From positions 1 through 44,636 of the forward strand of contig JANMNF010000155.1 of assembly GCA_031373765.1 (NCBI GenBank): a DNA stretch of 44,636 nt, given 5' to 3'. How positions within the stretch are numbered: position 1 is the first letter of the stretch; each line of letters begins with the position of its first letter. The notes beneath the pieces are model-generated. The model was given only the letters and a program-made list of their open reading frames with translations, was not told the DNA's origin and did not search any database. Position numbers and translations under genes: made by a program. Positions 1 through 10,141 of the stretch are shown here, in pieces. The DNA comes from Chloroflexota bacterium. GTDB taxonomy: Bacteria; Chloroflexota; Limnocylindria; Limnocylindrales; CSP1-4.

Positions 1-468
1 CTCGCCGGCCGAATCCTGGGCATGGGCGATGTCATGACCCTCGTCGAGCGCGTCCAGGACGTCGTCGACGCCGGTGCGGCCCAGAAGCTCGAAGCCAAGA
101 TCCGCAAGGCAGAATTCACGCTTGAGGACATGCTCGAACAACTCCAGCAGGTCCAGAAGATGGGCCCGATCGGACAGTTGATGTCGATGGTTCCGGGTAT
201 GGGCGGCATGGCCAAGGAAGCTCAGGCCGCGGTGGATCGCGGCGAGATGCGCCGGACCGAGGCCATCATCCGATCGATGACCTCGCGCGAACGACGAGAT
301 CCGGGCCTCCTGAATGCGTCGCGGCGGCGGCGGATCGCCACGGGATCGGGGACGACGCTCCCGGATGTCAACCGCCTCATGAAGCAGTTCGCGGACATGC
401 AGAAATTGATGAAGCAGATGGCAGGCATGCAGCGCAAGGGCGCGCCCGGCATGCTGGGCCGGAGGTAG
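1..468 (+). CDS. ffh: Signal recognition particle protein Ffh, 3' part (truncated by window start)
   Basis: Frame open from base 1: LAGRILGMGDV...FTLEDMLEQLQQVQKMG...EAIIRSMT..ER..P.LLNASRRRRIA.GSG, the M-domain signature. Confidence 0.97.
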   Translation, partial: LAGRILGMGDVMTLVERVQDVVDAGAAQKLEAKIRKAEFTLEDMLEQLQQVQKMGPIGQLMSMVPGMGGMAKEAQAAVDRGEMRRTEAIIRSMTSRERRDPGLLNASRRRRIATGSGTTLPDVNRLMKQFADMQKLMKQMAGMQRKGAPGMLGRR

Positions 469-470
469 TC

Positions 471-2285
471 ATGGACGATCTGGATCCGCGCGCCGAGCCA
501 TCGGAATTCGCGCACCAACCTGACGAGCCCGCCGTCTCCGGCGTCGTTGGCGAGGCCATACCCGCCGACCCGGACCTGACAGCACCGACGGAACCGGCCG
601 TCGCGGCACCGGATGATTCCGTGGCCGCACCCGCGGACGGCGGCAAGTCACGACGAACGCGCTGGGTCCTCGCCGGCCTCGTGTCCGCCCTGGTCATCGG
701 TGGCGCCGTCGCGGCCGCCCTGATCCTCGGGGCCAAGCCGCTGCCCGAGGCGCTCCGCTATCTCCCTGCCGACAGCGTGATCGTGGCCGAACTGCGCCCG
801 GACCTGCCCGGAGATCAGCGGCAGCATCTCGGCAATTTCCTCGCCCACTTCCCGGGCTTTGCCGACCAGTCCTCACTCGCTGCCAAGCTCGACGAGACCC
901 TCATGCGTCTTGTGAACGAAGGATCGTCCGGCTCGGTCGACTACGTGACGCGCATCAAGCCGCTCCTCACGGGGCCGCTCGTGATGGGGACCAGCATCGA
1001 GGGCCTGAAGAATCAGGCGGCCCTTGCGGTGGCAAGCACAGGCGGAGTCGTCACGTGCGCGATCGTCTTCGGATCCGCGACGGCGCTGGAAACGCATCGA
1101 GCGGTGACGATCGAGTCAATCGAGAACGACATGGCCTGCGCCGTCGATGGTCGCTTCATGCTCGTCGGTGACCTGGCCAGTGTCCGGGCCGGCATCGACG
1201 CACACCTCGATCACAAGGGCGTTGATACGAACGCCAGGTTCACGACGGCGCGCACGCGACTCGAAGATGACCAACTTGCGCTCGTCTACGTCGACGGTAA
1301 GGCCCTGACGACGCTTATCGGAACAATGGCCAACGACGTCGCTCCCGGCAGCGGGATTGATTCCGCGATCGCCGACAACCTGACCGACTGGATCGTGATC
1401 GGGATGCGCGTCGTCGACGATGCCGTCCAGTTTGAACTTCAGGCCGCGCCGCTCAAGGAAACGGTGGTCGATCCCTCGTTGCCGACGCACCCGCCGGCTG
1501 CATCGAGTCGGTTTGCCTCCGTGCTGCCGCCGAATACCTACGGGTTCGTCGAGATCCACGGCGTCGGCGCAAATCTGCAGCGCGGACTTGCCGTCCTGAA
1601 GGCGGACCCGCAGCAGACCGACACGGTCACGCAGCTCGAACAGGCGCTGGCCGCGGTCGGCGGGATCGGGAACATCGCCGGCTGGATCGAGGACGCAGGT
1701 GTCGCGGTGATCCCGAACGGTGATTCGATTGGCGGCGCCATCCTCCTTCGTGGAACTGATGCCGCGGCTGTCCAAGGCCAGGTCGCGCAACTCCGGAACC
1801 TGCTGGTCCTCGCCTCGATCGGAAGCGACGTCACCGTCCACGACATCGATCACGCCGGCGTCAAGATCACGAGCGTTGATCTCGGCGACCTCGAAACCCT
1901 GTTGTCCGGCCTGGGCGTCGATCCGGGACTGACCGAGACCGGAGCCCGCGTGGCGTTTTCGATCGCCGTCCGGGACGATGTCCTCATCGTGGGGATTGGC
2001 GACGGCGTCATCGAGGGAATCCTGGACACGTCAGCGGGATCCAGCCTCAAGTCCAGCGGCGCGTACGCACGCGTCGTCGGCCTTGTTGGCAGCCCCAACG
2101 ACGTCGAGGTCTACGTGTCGCTCGACGGGATCTTCGGCTACGTCGAAGCGAACCTGCCGGCGGCCCTCGATGGAACCGGCTGGACTGAACTCAAGCCGTA
2201 CCTGGAACATCTGGCCTCACTGGGCGAGGCCAATGTCACCACCAGCGCAGGCGGCCGGAGCCGCCTTGTCATCACCGTCAAGTAA
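471..2285 (+). CDS. DUF3352-like membrane-anchored protein (604 aa)
   Basis: Acidic/Pro N-terminus, one TM helix ([23 protein letters not shown]), then a 'YLPADS' start and a large extracytoplasmic domain resembling DUF3352. Tightly packed between ffh and rpsP. Confidence 0.65.
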   Translation: MDDLDPRAEPSEFAHQPDEPAVSGVVGEAIPADPDLTAPTEPAVAAPDDSVAAPADGGKSRRTRWVLAGLVSALVIGGAVAAALILGAKPLPEALRYLPADSVIVAELRPDLPGDQRQHLGNFLAHFPGFADQSSLAAKLDETLMRLVNEGSSGSVDYVTRIKPLLTGPLVMGTSIEGLKNQAALAVASTGGVVTCAIVFGSATALETHRAVTIESIENDMACAVDGRFMLVGDLASVRAGIDAHLDHKGVDTNARFTTARTRLEDDQLALVYVDGKALTTLIGTMANDVAPGSGIDSAIADNLTDWIVIGMRVVDDAVQFELQAAPLKETVVDPSLPTHPPAASSRFASVLPPNTYGFVEIHGVGANLQRGLAVLKADPQQTDTVTQLEQALAAVGGIGNIAGWIEDAGVAVIPNGDSIGGAILLRGTDAAAVQGQVAQLRNLLVLASIGSDVTVHDIDHAGVKITSVDLGDLETLLSGLGVDPGLTETGARVAFSIAVRDDVLIVGIGDGVIEGILDTSAGSSLKSSGAYARVVGLVGSPNDVEVYVSLDGIFGYVEANLPAALDGTGWTELKPYLEHLASLGEANVTTSAGGRSRLVITVK

Positions 2286-2332
2286 GCTACCGGGCCGGCA
2301 ATGGCCCGGAAACGAGGAGGAATCTGTACCTC

Positions 2333-2587
2333 ATGGCCGTACGCATTCGACTGACGCGCGTAGGCGCAAAGAAGGCACCGACGTATCGCGTGGTGATCAC
2401 CGATTCGCGCAGTGCACGTGACAGCCGCTCGATCGAGACGATCGGGCATTACAACCCGCTGGTTGAGCCGGCAGAAGTCGTGATCGACGCCGACAAGGCC
2501 AGGGCGTGGATTGCCAAGGGCGCCCAGCCGTCCGATACCGTTGCGCGGCTCCTTCGGGTGGCCGGCATCGTGACGGCCGGAAAGTAG
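2333..2587 (+). CDS. rpsP: 30S ribosomal protein S16
   Basis: [30 protein letters not shown]...IG.YNP...GAQPSDTV; SD GAGGAGG upstream. Confidence 0.99.
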   Translation: MAVRIRLTRVGAKKAPTYRVVITDSRSARDSRSIETIGHYNPLVEPAEVVIDADKARAWIAKGAQPSDTVARLLRVAGIVTAGK

Positions 2588-2594
2588 GCCGGTG

Positions 2595-2828
2595 ATGGCA
2601 GCACGCGAACTCGTTGAATACGTCGCCAAGACGCTTGTCGACGATCCGGCCGCGGTCACCGTGACCGAGGTTGTGGACGCTGACGGCACGGTGATCGAGC
2701 TCCATGTCGCCGAAGAGGACATGGGCAAGGTCATCGGTCGAAACGGCAGTGTCGCCAAGGCACTCCGAACGCTGCTCAAGGTCACGGCCGCCCGCGATGG
2801 CGGTTCTGTGTCTTTGGAAATCCTCTGA
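2595..2828 (+). CDS. khpA: KH-domain RNA-binding protein (KhpA/YlqC)
   Basis: ELVEYVAKTLVDDP...DMGKVIGRNG..AKALRTLL; canonical position after rpsP. Alternative GTG start at 2592. Confidence 0.95.
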   Translation: MAARELVEYVAKTLVDDPAAVTVTEVVDADGTVIELHVAEEDMGKVIGRNGSVAKALRTLLKVTAARDGGSVSLEIL

Positions 2829-2836
2829 GCGACGCG

Positions 2837-3541
2837 GTGACGGGCGAGTCGCCCGGTGAGACCCGGCTCGTGGTCGCCCAGGTCCGCGGCCTGCACGGGC
2901 TCCAGGGCGTCGTGCGGATCGAGGTTCTGACCGATCAGCCGGAGCTCCGGTTTGTTGAGGGCGCCGTACTCCATCGCGAGGGCATGAGTCTGGACCTGAC
3001 CATCGTCGAGGCCGCGGCGGTCGAGGACGGCCCCGGGTGGCGTCTTCGGTTCGCCGAAATTCGGAGCCGGAATGCGGCCGAGGCGCTCCGGGACGTCTAC
3101 CTTGAGACCATCGTCGACCGGACACAGGACCTTGAGCCGGGATCGGCGTACTGGCACGAAGTGATCGGCTGTGAGGTCCGTGCTCTCGATGGCCGGGTTC
3201 TCGGCACGGTCGCCGACATCTATCGCGTCGCAACCGCCGAGATCTTCGTGGTCCGAGGTGGACCGGCTGGCGCATTCGATCTGCCGCTCGTGAAGGCCAT
3301 CGTCAAGGAATTCGCGCCCGAGCGCGGCGTCATCACCATCGACGAGGCCGTCCTCGATCTGGACGGCGACCCGGTGGATGAGCGGCCGCCCAAGCCACCG
3401 CGCAAGCGGCCACGCTGGTCCCGCCATGGCAAGGGTGCCGCCGAGACTCCCGGAAACGCCGATGCCGAGGCGGATCCGGACGGCGCGTCCGGTCCCTTGC
3501 CGGATGCTCCGGATCCCTCCCCGGACGATCCCGCCGACTGA
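2837..3541 (+). CDS. rimM: 16S rRNA processing protein RimM with a low-complexity C-terminal tail
   Basis: HGLQGVVRI, RNAAEALR, YWHEVIGCEV..LDG..LGTV (PRC barrel); rpsP-rimM-trmD-rplS synteny. Confidence 0.93.
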   Translation: MTGESPGETRLVVAQVRGLHGLQGVVRIEVLTDQPELRFVEGAVLHREGMSLDLTIVEAAAVEDGPGWRLRFAEIRSRNAAEALRDVYLETIVDRTQDLEPGSAYWHEVIGCEVRALDGRVLGTVADIYRVATAEIFVVRGGPAGAFDLPLVKAIVKEFAPERGVITIDEAVLDLDGDPVDERPPKPPRKRPRWSRHGKGAAETPGNADAEADPDGASGPLPDAPDPSPDDPAD

Positions 3542-3542
3542 C

Positions 3543-4292
3543 ATGCGGATCGATTTCGTCACGCTCTTCCCGGCCATGCTCGATGGACCGCTGGCCGAGA
3601 GCATTCCGCGCCGCATTCAGGATCAGGGTCTCGTCGACATGCGGATCCACGACCTGCGCACCTGGGGCCTCGGACGGCACCACAGTGTCGACGACTCGCC
3701 CTACGGTGGGGGAGCCGGCATGGTGCTTCGTCCCGAGCCCGTTGCCGGGGCGCTCGAAGCGCTGCGAGGGCCTGAGTCGACCGTCATCCTCCTGGATCCA
3801 GGCGGCGAGGTCTTCCGGCAGGCGCGTGCCGCGGATCTGGCGACGCGGAAGCATCTGATCCTGATCTGCCCACGCTACGAAGGCGTCGACGATCGAATCC
3901 GCGACCTCGTCGACCTGGAACTGTCAATAGGAGACTACGTGTTGACCGGCGGGGAGCTGCCTGCGCTGGTGATCGTCGATGCGGTGATCCGGCTCCTCCC
4001 GGGAGCCATCGATGCCGCGTCGACCGCCGAGGAGTCCTTTACCGACGGACTCCTCGAATATCCGCAATACACCCGCCCGGCGACCTTCCAGGGTCGAGGC
4101 GTGCCCGACGTGCTCACGGGCGGCAATCACGAGGCCGTACGGCGATGGCGCCTCGAAGCGGCCATCGAGCGCACGGAGAAGCGGCGCCCGGACCTTCTGG
4201 CGGAACGCACGTCGAGCCCGGAAGAACGCCGGATCCTGGAACGACGGGCGAGCCACATCACCGGGACTGACCGTTCGAACCCGGCGGGATGA
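3543..4292 (+). CDS. trmD: tRNA (guanine-N1)-methyltransferase TrmD
   Basis: MRIDFVTLFP, VDDSPYGGGAGMV, RYEGVDDR, SIGDYVLTGGE, LLEYPQYTRP. Start moved to ATG 3543 from the ORF track's 3378. Confidence 0.98.
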   Translation: MRIDFVTLFPAMLDGPLAESIPRRIQDQGLVDMRIHDLRTWGLGRHHSVDDSPYGGGAGMVLRPEPVAGALEALRGPESTVILLDPGGEVFRQARAADLATRKHLILICPRYEGVDDRIRDLVDLELSIGDYVLTGGELPALVIVDAVIRLLPGAIDAASTAEESFTDGLLEYPQYTRPATFQGRGVPDVLTGGNHEAVRRWRLEAAIERTEKRRPDLLAERTSSPEERRILERRASHITGTDRSNPAG

Positions 4293-4303
4293 CCCGAAAC
4301 CCG

Positions 4304-4312
4304 TGCTATACT
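4304..4312 (+). promoter_or_regulatory. Extended -10 promoter (TGnTATACT) for rplS
   Basis: TGCTATACT in the trmD-rplS intergenic region; the same motif recurs upstream of rpsB, rpsO and asd. Confidence 0.65.
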
Positions 4313-4391
4313 CCGCCGCCGGTCGGATGCGACCACCCGTATTGAACTCATCCCGCAGCCACGGCTGCCCACATGACCAGGAACCGCCACT

Positions 4392-4742
4392 GTGAACGTG
4401 CTCGACGAGATCGTCGCCGAACAGATCAGAACCGACCTGCCTGCCCTCGCAACCGGTGACACGGTCCGCGTCTTCGCGCGCGTCGTCGAAGGCGGCAAGG
4501 AACGCGTACAGGTCTTCGAGGGCACGCTCATGCGTCTCCGAGGCGGCGGGATCACCCGGTCCATAACCGTTCGGAAGCTGGCCAGCGGCGTTGGTGTCGA
4601 GCGAACCTTCAAGATCAACAGCCCCCGCATCGAGAAGATCGAAGTCATGCGCCACGGGAAGGTCCGACGCGCACAGCTGTACTTCCTTCGCGACCGGGTC
4701 GGCAAGGCTGCGACCCTAAGGGAGCGACGAGTCAACTCCTGA
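4392..4742 (+). CDS. rplS: 50S ribosomal protein L19
   Basis: GDTVRV..RVVEGGKERVQVFEG...TVRK...GVGVERTF...GKVRRAQLYFLR. Confidence 0.99.
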   Translation: MNVLDEIVAEQIRTDLPALATGDTVRVFARVVEGGKERVQVFEGTLMRLRGGGITRSITVRKLASGVGVERTFKINSPRIEKIEVMRHGKVRRAQLYFLRDRVGKAATLRERRVNS

Positions 4743-4768
4743 GGACGCTCGCGTTCGCGATCCAACGT

Positions 4769-4796
4769 ACGACCCCGTCACCCGACGGGGTCGTTT
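4769..4796 (+). terminator. Intrinsic terminator-like hairpin after rplS
   Basis: ACGACCCCGTC-ACCC-GACGGGGTCGT, a perfect 11-bp stem ending in a short T run. Confidence 0.7.
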
Positions 4797-4838
4797 GGTA
4801 CCCGGCACGAAGGGTGGCGTCCGGGTAGGCTTGGCCTC

Positions 4839-5657
4839 GTGCCCAAGGACCCGACCCTGCGGATCGAGCGAGCGCTTTGGAGCGCCGGGCTCGAGCGCGT
4901 CGTAGGCGTTGACGAAGTCGGCGTGGCCCCAACCTGCGGGGCGGTGGTCGCTGCCGCCGTGATCATTCGTCCGAACAGCCGCCGGATCCCCGGGGTCCGG
5001 GACTCCAAGACCCTCTCGGCTGCGCAACGCGAGCGTTTGGCGCCCGAAATCCGCCGTCGGGCCGTTGCATTCGCCCTTGGCGCCGCGTCCGTTGCCGAGA
5101 TCGATCGCCTGAACATCTACCACGCGACCCATCTGGCGATGCGCCGGGCCATCGCGCGGTTGGGCGGCCACGATCACGTGCTCGTCGATGGCAATCGAAT
5201 CAGCGGCTTCGAGACGGAAGTCGGACCCTACACGGCGATCGTCGATGGAGACGCGCTGTCGTACTCGATTGCGTGTGCCTCGGTGGTGGCCAAGGTGATC
5301 CGTGACCGCATGATGGCCCGTCTGTCGGTGCGCTACCCCGGCTACGGCTGGGAGCGAAATCAGGGCTACGCCACGCTCGAGCATCGCCAGGCGATCCGGC
5401 GCCAGGGGCTGACGCCCTTTCACCGGCGGAGCTTCCTCGCCCTGCAGCGAACGTTGGCCGGCGATCAACTCGCCATGGGCCTGCCACCGGATGACCGTGC
5501 CCGTCCTGCGCGCGTCCCCGTCCTGGCGACGAGCCTCCGACGCGCCATCGATGTCCAGGATCTCGTCGACGACCTCGTCGAAGGTCTTGAGGGAGCGGAG
5601 ACCCTCGACCTCGCACTGCCGGACGACGTTCAGGACGAGAAACTCCTGGCTCACTGA
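4839..5657 (+). CDS. rnhB: Ribonuclease HII (atypical GRG motif, acidic C-terminal tail)
   Basis: GVDEVG, DSKTLS, EIDRLNI, VDG, DGDA, SIACASVVAKVIRD, GY..LEH, HRRSF; rplS-rnhB-yraN synteny. Confidence 0.95.
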   Translation: MPKDPTLRIERALWSAGLERVVGVDEVGVAPTCGAVVAAAVIIRPNSRRIPGVRDSKTLSAAQRERLAPEIRRRAVAFALGAASVAEIDRLNIYHATHLAMRRAIARLGGHDHVLVDGNRISGFETEVGPYTAIVDGDALSYSIACASVVAKVIRDRMMARLSVRYPGYGWERNQGYATLEHRQAIRRQGLTPFHRRSFLALQRTLAGDQLAMGLPPDDRARPARVPVLATSLRRAIDVQDLVDDLVEGLEGAETLDLALPDDVQDEKLLAH

Positions 5658-5744
5658 CCAGGCACCCTCGGCGCGTCGTGTGCCAGCTCTGGCCGCGTGG
5701 CCCCAGATAAGCGGCAGTGCATTGACGCCTGCGATCCTCTGTCG

Positions 5745-6137
5745 ATGCGAACCGAAGCTCAACGGATCGGCGACGCGGCCGAGCAGCTCGTGGTTGATCG
5801 CCTGCTTGCCGGAGGTTGGCGGATTCTTGGGCGGCAGGTTCGCGTGGGCCGCGCCGAACTCGATATCGTCGCCATCGACGTCGTGCCGCCTCAACGACTC
5901 GTGATCGTGGAGGTACGGGCGCGGGCGAACCGGAACTTCGGTGCGCCGGAGGAAACGGTGGACATGCGCAAGCGGATCCGGCTCCGAAAGGCCGCCCAAG
6001 CGCTCCGTGAGCACGGCGTCCTGACCGATGGCACCATCGTCCCGCCGCTCCCACTTCGGCTGGATCTGATCGTCGTCGAGCCGGCCGACCGTCCTGGAGA
6101 TCCGGCACGCGTACGTCATCATGTGGCGGCGATCTAG
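5745..6137 (+). CDS. yraN: YraN family (UPF0102) PD-(D/E)xK nuclease-like protein
   Basis: G..AE..V...L...GWRIL...AELDIVA...VIVEVRAR....G.PEETV...K...LRLDLI. ATG 5745 chosen as start. Confidence 0.9.
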   Translation: MRTEAQRIGDAAEQLVVDRLLAGGWRILGRQVRVGRAELDIVAIDVVPPQRLVIVEVRARANRNFGAPEETVDMRKRIRLRKAAQALREHGVLTDGTIVPPLPLRLDLIVVEPADRPGDPARVRHHVAAI

Positions 6138-6236
6138 CGACAGCCGGACAGCACTCGCCCGCACGGGGAGCCATCTCGGCTGTCGTTGAAGCCTGGCGTC
6201 GGGGTCGACCGATCGTGGGGCGTGCGGCGGACCCTG

Positions 6237-6245
6237 TGCTACACT
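6237..6245 (+). promoter_or_regulatory. Extended -10 promoter (TGnTACACT) for rpsB-tsf
   Basis: TGCTACACT about 175 nt upstream of the rpsB start. Confidence 0.6.
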
Positions 6246-6303
6246 CCGGCCCGCCGCGGAGGGTCCGTGGTGCTCATGCCCATCGCCATTCGGCGTTGGA
6301 GCT

Positions 6304-6398
6304 CACACGCGGATCGTTCCGACCGGGACGGTGCCGAACAGGCTCGAAGATTCGAGACTGGGCGGTTCCCGGCGACGGGGTTCGCGGCGGAAACAACC
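6304..6398 (+). ncRNA. rpsB leader RNA (t44/S2 autoregulatory leader-like)
   Basis: Begins CACACGC, contains GGTGCC, has nested pairings (CGCGGA/TTCGCG, CCGGGA/TCCCGG) and ends GGCGGAAACAACC just before the SD. This matches the t44 layout upstream of rpsB. Confidence 0.65.
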
Positions 6399-6418
6399 GG
6401 ATCAGGAGGTCACGAACC

Positions 6419-7363
6419 GTGCCGTCCGTTTCAATGCGGCAGCTGCTCGAAGCTGGTATCCATTTCGGGCATCAGACCCGCCGCTGGAATCCCAAGATGC
6501 GCCCGTTCATCTTTGCGGAGCGCAACGGGATCCACATCATCGACCTGGCGCAGACCGCCCAGCGGCTTGAGGTCGCGCTCGACTTCGTCCGCGAAACGGT
6601 TGCCCGAGGCGAGCCCGTGCTGTTCATCGGCACGAAGAAGCAGGCCCAGGAGCCGATCGCCGAAGAGGCGACGCGCGCCGGCATGCCATACATCAACAAG
6701 CGCTGGCTCGGCGGGATGCTGACGAACTTCGTCACCATCAAGAAGCGCATCGGCCTGATGGAGCAGCTCGAAGCGCGCCAGCAGTCCGGTGAGTTCGAGC
6801 GCCTTCCCAAGAAGGAGGCCGCGAAGCTCACCGAGGAACTCACCAAACTGACCGCGACCCTCGGCGGGATTCGCAAGATGAAGCGCCTGCCCGGCGCTGT
6901 CTTCATCGTCGACCCGCACCGCGAGCGGATCGCGGTCACGGAGGCGAACAAGCTCGAACTCCCGGTCGTCGGGACCGGTGACACGAACGTTGATCCGGAC
7001 GAAATCGACTTCATCATCCCGGCCAACGACGACGCCATCCGGGCCATCCGACTCCTCTGTTCGCTCGTCGCGGACGCGGCGATCGAGGGCGCCCGTGAAC
7101 GGGCTGCCCGTGCGACCACCGAGCCGGAGCCCGAGCCGATGGCGGTAGAGCCCGAGTACGACGACGTGGGGGCGAGCGATGCGCTCGTAGCCGCACTCGC
7201 CGGCGGCGCTGCCCTGAGCTTCGCGCCGGATGATGACGACGACCTTCTCCCCGGCGCACCGGCGGTACCGGTTGTCGAAGAAGCGACCGCGACCCCTGAA
7301 GAGATCGCGGCCGAGCTGGCGCGCGAGGCTGCAGAGCGAGAAGCCGCCGCAACGGTCGGCTGA
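6419..7363 (+). CDS. rpsB: 30S ribosomal protein S2 with acidic C-terminal extension
   Basis: [43 protein letters not shown] 6419 follows SD AGGAGGT. Confidence 0.99.
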   Translation: MPSVSMRQLLEAGIHFGHQTRRWNPKMRPFIFAERNGIHIIDLAQTAQRLEVALDFVRETVARGEPVLFIGTKKQAQEPIAEEATRAGMPYINKRWLGGMLTNFVTIKKRIGLMEQLEARQQSGEFERLPKKEAAKLTEELTKLTATLGGIRKMKRLPGAVFIVDPHRERIAVTEANKLELPVVGTGDTNVDPDEIDFIIPANDDAIRAIRLLCSLVADAAIEGARERAARATTEPEPEPMAVEPEYDDVGASDALVAALAGGAALSFAPDDDDDLLPGAPAVPVVEEATATPEEIAAELAREAAEREAAATVG

Positions 7364-7386
7364 CCCACCAACCACGACGAACCATC

Positions 7387-7407
7387 ACGGTGCGCTCGGC
7401 GCACCGT
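7387..7407 (+). promoter_or_regulatory. rpsB-tsf intercistronic hairpin
   Basis: ACGGTGCGC-TCG-GCGCACCGT perfect inverted repeat with no U-tract; a possible attenuator or processing stem. Confidence 0.5.
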
Positions 7408-7431
7408 ACGCATCAGGAGCATCGAACGAGC

Positions 7432-8031
7432 ATGGCCACGATCAGCGCCGAGGCGGTGAAGGTTCTTCGCGAGCGAACCGGAGCCGGGTTCATGGATTGC
7501 AAGCGCGTACTCGACGAGACCGACGGAGACGTCGACAAGGCGATCGCGCTGCTGCGCGAACGCGGCCTCGCGGCCGCAGCCAAGAAGGCCGGACGTGATG
7601 CCCGTGAAGGCCTTGTCTCGAGCTACATCCACACCGGTGGCCGCGTCGGTGTGATGATCGAAGTGAACTGCGAGACGGACTTCGTCGCGCGGACCGACGA
7701 GTTCCAGAAGCTCGTCCGTGACCTCGCGATCCAAGTGGCGGGCATGGCCCCGACCTACGTGGATTCCGATGCCATCCCGGCCGAGGTACTCGCGGCCAAG
7801 AAGGCACAGCTCGCCGAGGATCCATCCGTGGCCTCGAAGCCGGCTGAGATCCGCGAGAAGATCATTGACGGCCAGATCAAGAAGTGGCTCCGCGAGGTCA
7901 CCTTGCTCGATCAGCCGTTCCGCGACGAGGATCGAATCGTTCGTGACCTCGTTACTGAACAGATTGCCAAGATCGGGGAGAACATCCGGGTGCGTCGGTT
8001 CGTCCGATACGCGCTCGGGGAGGAACTGTGA
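7432..8031 (+). CDS. tsf: Elongation factor Ts (short ~200 aa type)
   Basis: [42 protein letters not shown] 7432 follows AGGAG. Confidence 0.99.
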   Translation: MATISAEAVKVLRERTGAGFMDCKRVLDETDGDVDKAIALLRERGLAAAAKKAGRDAREGLVSSYIHTGGRVGVMIEVNCETDFVARTDEFQKLVRDLAIQVAGMAPTYVDSDAIPAEVLAAKKAQLAEDPSVASKPAEIREKIIDGQIKKWLREVTLLDQPFRDEDRIVRDLVTEQIAKIGENIRVRRFVRYALGEEL

Positions 8032-8786
8032 CCGCTGGATCTGACGAGACGCCCACCCGATATCGCCGAATCCTGCTGAAGCTGTCCGGTGAGGCGCTCC
8101 TCGGCACCCGGAGCTACGGCGTCGATCCGGCGATCTGTGCGTTCATCGCAAGCCAGGTCGCGCGGGTGCATGCCACCGGTGTCCAGGTCGGGATTGTCGT
8201 CGGGGGCGGGAACATCTTCCGCGGCATGGCAGCTTCTGCGAGCGGCATGGACCGGGCCACGGGCGACTACATCGGCATGCTCGCGACGGTCATGAACGGC
8301 CTCGCCTTGCAGGATGCGCTGGAGCGGGCCGGGATCCCGACGCGGGTGATGAGCGCCATCGCCATGAATGAGATCGCCGAGCCCTACATCCGTCGCCGTG
8401 CGGTTCGCCACCTCGAAAAGGGCCGCGTGGCCATCTTCGTTGCCGGGACCGGCAACCCCTATTTCACGACCGACACGGCCGCCGCCCTTCGGGCCGTCGA
8501 GATCGGTGCCGAAGTCCTGCTCAAGGCGACCAAGGTTGACGGCGTCTACGATGCTGACCCGATGATCTATCCCGAAGCGCAGCGATTCGAGACCCTGGAA
8601 TACACGGACCTGCTCCGCGACCAGCTCAAGGTCATGGATGCTGCAGCGGTTGCGCTGTGCATGGAGAATGATCTACCGATCGTCGTCTTCGATCTGAACA
8701 AGCCGGACAACATCGCTCGGGTGGCGATGGGCGAACCGGTGGGCACGCGCATCGCCGTCGAAGGCTCCGGAGGCACCCGCGAATGA
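8028..8786 (+). CDS. pyrH: UMP kinase
   Basis: [36 protein letters not shown]. Confidence 0.99.
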   Translation: MTAGSDETPTRYRRILLKLSGEALLGTRSYGVDPAICAFIASQVARVHATGVQVGIVVGGGNIFRGMAASASGMDRATGDYIGMLATVMNGLALQDALERAGIPTRVMSAIAMNEIAEPYIRRRAVRHLEKGRVAIFVAGTGNPYFTTDTAAALRAVEIGAEVLLKATKVDGVYDADPMIYPEAQRFETLEYTDLLRDQLKVMDAAAVALCMENDLPIVVFDLNKPDNIARVAMGEPVGTRIAVEGSGGTRE

Positions 8787-9340
8787 GCACAGAGATAGTC
8801 ACGACAGCCGATCAGCGGATGGGCCGCGCACTTGAGGCGATGGAACGGGACTTCACGGGCCTGCGGACCGGGCGCGCATCGACGAGCCTCGTCGAACGGA
8901 TCCACGTCGACTACTACGGGACGGAGACGCCCCTCAACCAGCTGGCCGGGATCAGCGTCCCGGAGGCGCACCAGATCGTTATCCAGCCCTGGGACCGCGG
9001 CGTTCTGGGCGCGATCGAGAAGGCCATCCTCAAGAGCGACATCGGGTTGATGCCGTCGGTCGATGGAACGGTGGTTCGCCTCAATATTCCGGTCCTCACC
9101 GAAGAACGGCGGCGCGACATCGTCAAGGTCGTTCATCGACGCATGGAAGAGGCCAAAGTCGAGATCCGCAACGTCCGGCGAGACGCGGCCGACCAGCTCA
9201 AGAAGCTCGAGCGCGACGGCGAAGTCGGTTCTGACGACGCCCATCGCCTGCTCGATGCGATCCAGAAAACCACGGACAGCCACATCGCGGAAGTCGATCG
9301 CCTGGGCGGGGCAAAGGAACACGAAGTCCTGGAGGTCTAG
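8783..9340 (+). CDS. frr: Ribosome recycling factor
   Basis: LRTGRAS, VDYYG..TPLNQLA, LTEERR, IRNVRR. Confidence 0.99.
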   Translation: MSTEIVTTADQRMGRALEAMERDFTGLRTGRASTSLVERIHVDYYGTETPLNQLAGISVPEAHQIVIQPWDRGVLGAIEKAILKSDIGLMPSVDGTVVRLNIPVLTEERRRDIVKVVHRRMEEAKVEIRNVRRDAADQLKKLERDGEVGSDDAHRLLDAIQKTTDSHIAEVDRLGGAKEHEVLEV

Positions 9341-10134
9341 TGGTTCGGGGACCGCTCGTCCGGCCGACTGACGCGCCGCCGTCCGCCCACCAGACCGAGG
9401 ACCCGGTCGCAGACGATGAATCGCCGACGGTCCCGATCGGCCAAGCCGATCCCGACCTGCCACATCACGTCGCGATCATCATGGACGGCAATCGGCGCTG
9501 GGCGAAGCAGCGCGGATTACATGAGCTCGAAGGGCATCCAGCGGGCGTCGAGGCGATTCGAGAGATCTTGCGGCATGCCCGGAGGCGCGGCGTCCGCGCC
9601 CTGACCCTGTACGCCTTCAGTCGCGAGAACTGGGCCCGCAGCGATGACGAGGTGACGGCCCTGTTCGGTCTCCTCGAAGCAGCGATTCGAAACGAAACTG
9701 ACGAGCTCCGGGCCCAGGGCGTCCGTGTCCGGATGATCGGCCGAATGGACGAATTGCCGGACGAGACACGCCTGTCGATCGATGATGCCCTGGCGGCGAC
9801 GTCGGACGGAACCGAGATGCTCCTGACAATCGCCTTCAACTACGCAGGGCGGACGGAGCTGGTGGATGCGATTCGAAAGATCGTCGCGTCGGGAATTCCC
9901 GCCGTCGAGGTCGATGAGGCGATTGTCGCGGCGGCTCTGTACACGGCCGGAACCCCGGATCCCGATCTCGTCATCCGGACCGGCGGGGAGGAGCGACTCT
10001 CGAACTTCCTCATCTGGCAATCCGCGTATGCCGAGCTGATCACCACCGAGACGCTGTGGCCGGACTTCGGCGCGGAGGCGCTCGATGCGGCGCTCGCCGA
10101 GTACGCCTCGCGCCATCGCCGATTCGGACGGTGA
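9340..10134 (+). CDS. uppS: Isoprenyl (undecaprenyl) diphosphate synthase
   Basis: HVAIIMDGNRRWA, YAFSRENW, PDPDLVIRTGGEERLSNFLIWQ. Exact start uncertain. Confidence 0.97.
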   Translation: MVRGPLVRPTDAPPSAHQTEDPVADDESPTVPIGQADPDLPHHVAIIMDGNRRWAKQRGLHELEGHPAGVEAIREILRHARRRGVRALTLYAFSRENWARSDDEVTALFGLLEAAIRNETDELRAQGVRVRMIGRMDELPDETRLSIDDALAATSDGTEMLLTIAFNYAGRTELVDAIRKIVASGIPAVEVDEAIVAAALYTAGTPDPDLVIRTGGEERLSNFLIWQSAYAELITTETLWPDFGAEALDAALAEYASRHRRFGR

Positions 10135-10141
10135 TCACGCG

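Noticed and set aside
6215-6418. N-terminal extensions given by the ORF track for rpsB (also trmD, tsf, cdsA, ribF, rpsO, murC, DnaJ, DUF3037 and the MORN protein)
   Set aside because: Downstream starts fit the SD sites and family N-termini better; the extensions overlap leaders or upstream genes.
7432-8031. Short EF-Ts (199 aa) and short IF-2 as possible truncations
   Set aside because: Both short forms are established natural variants in several phyla, and all core motifs are present.
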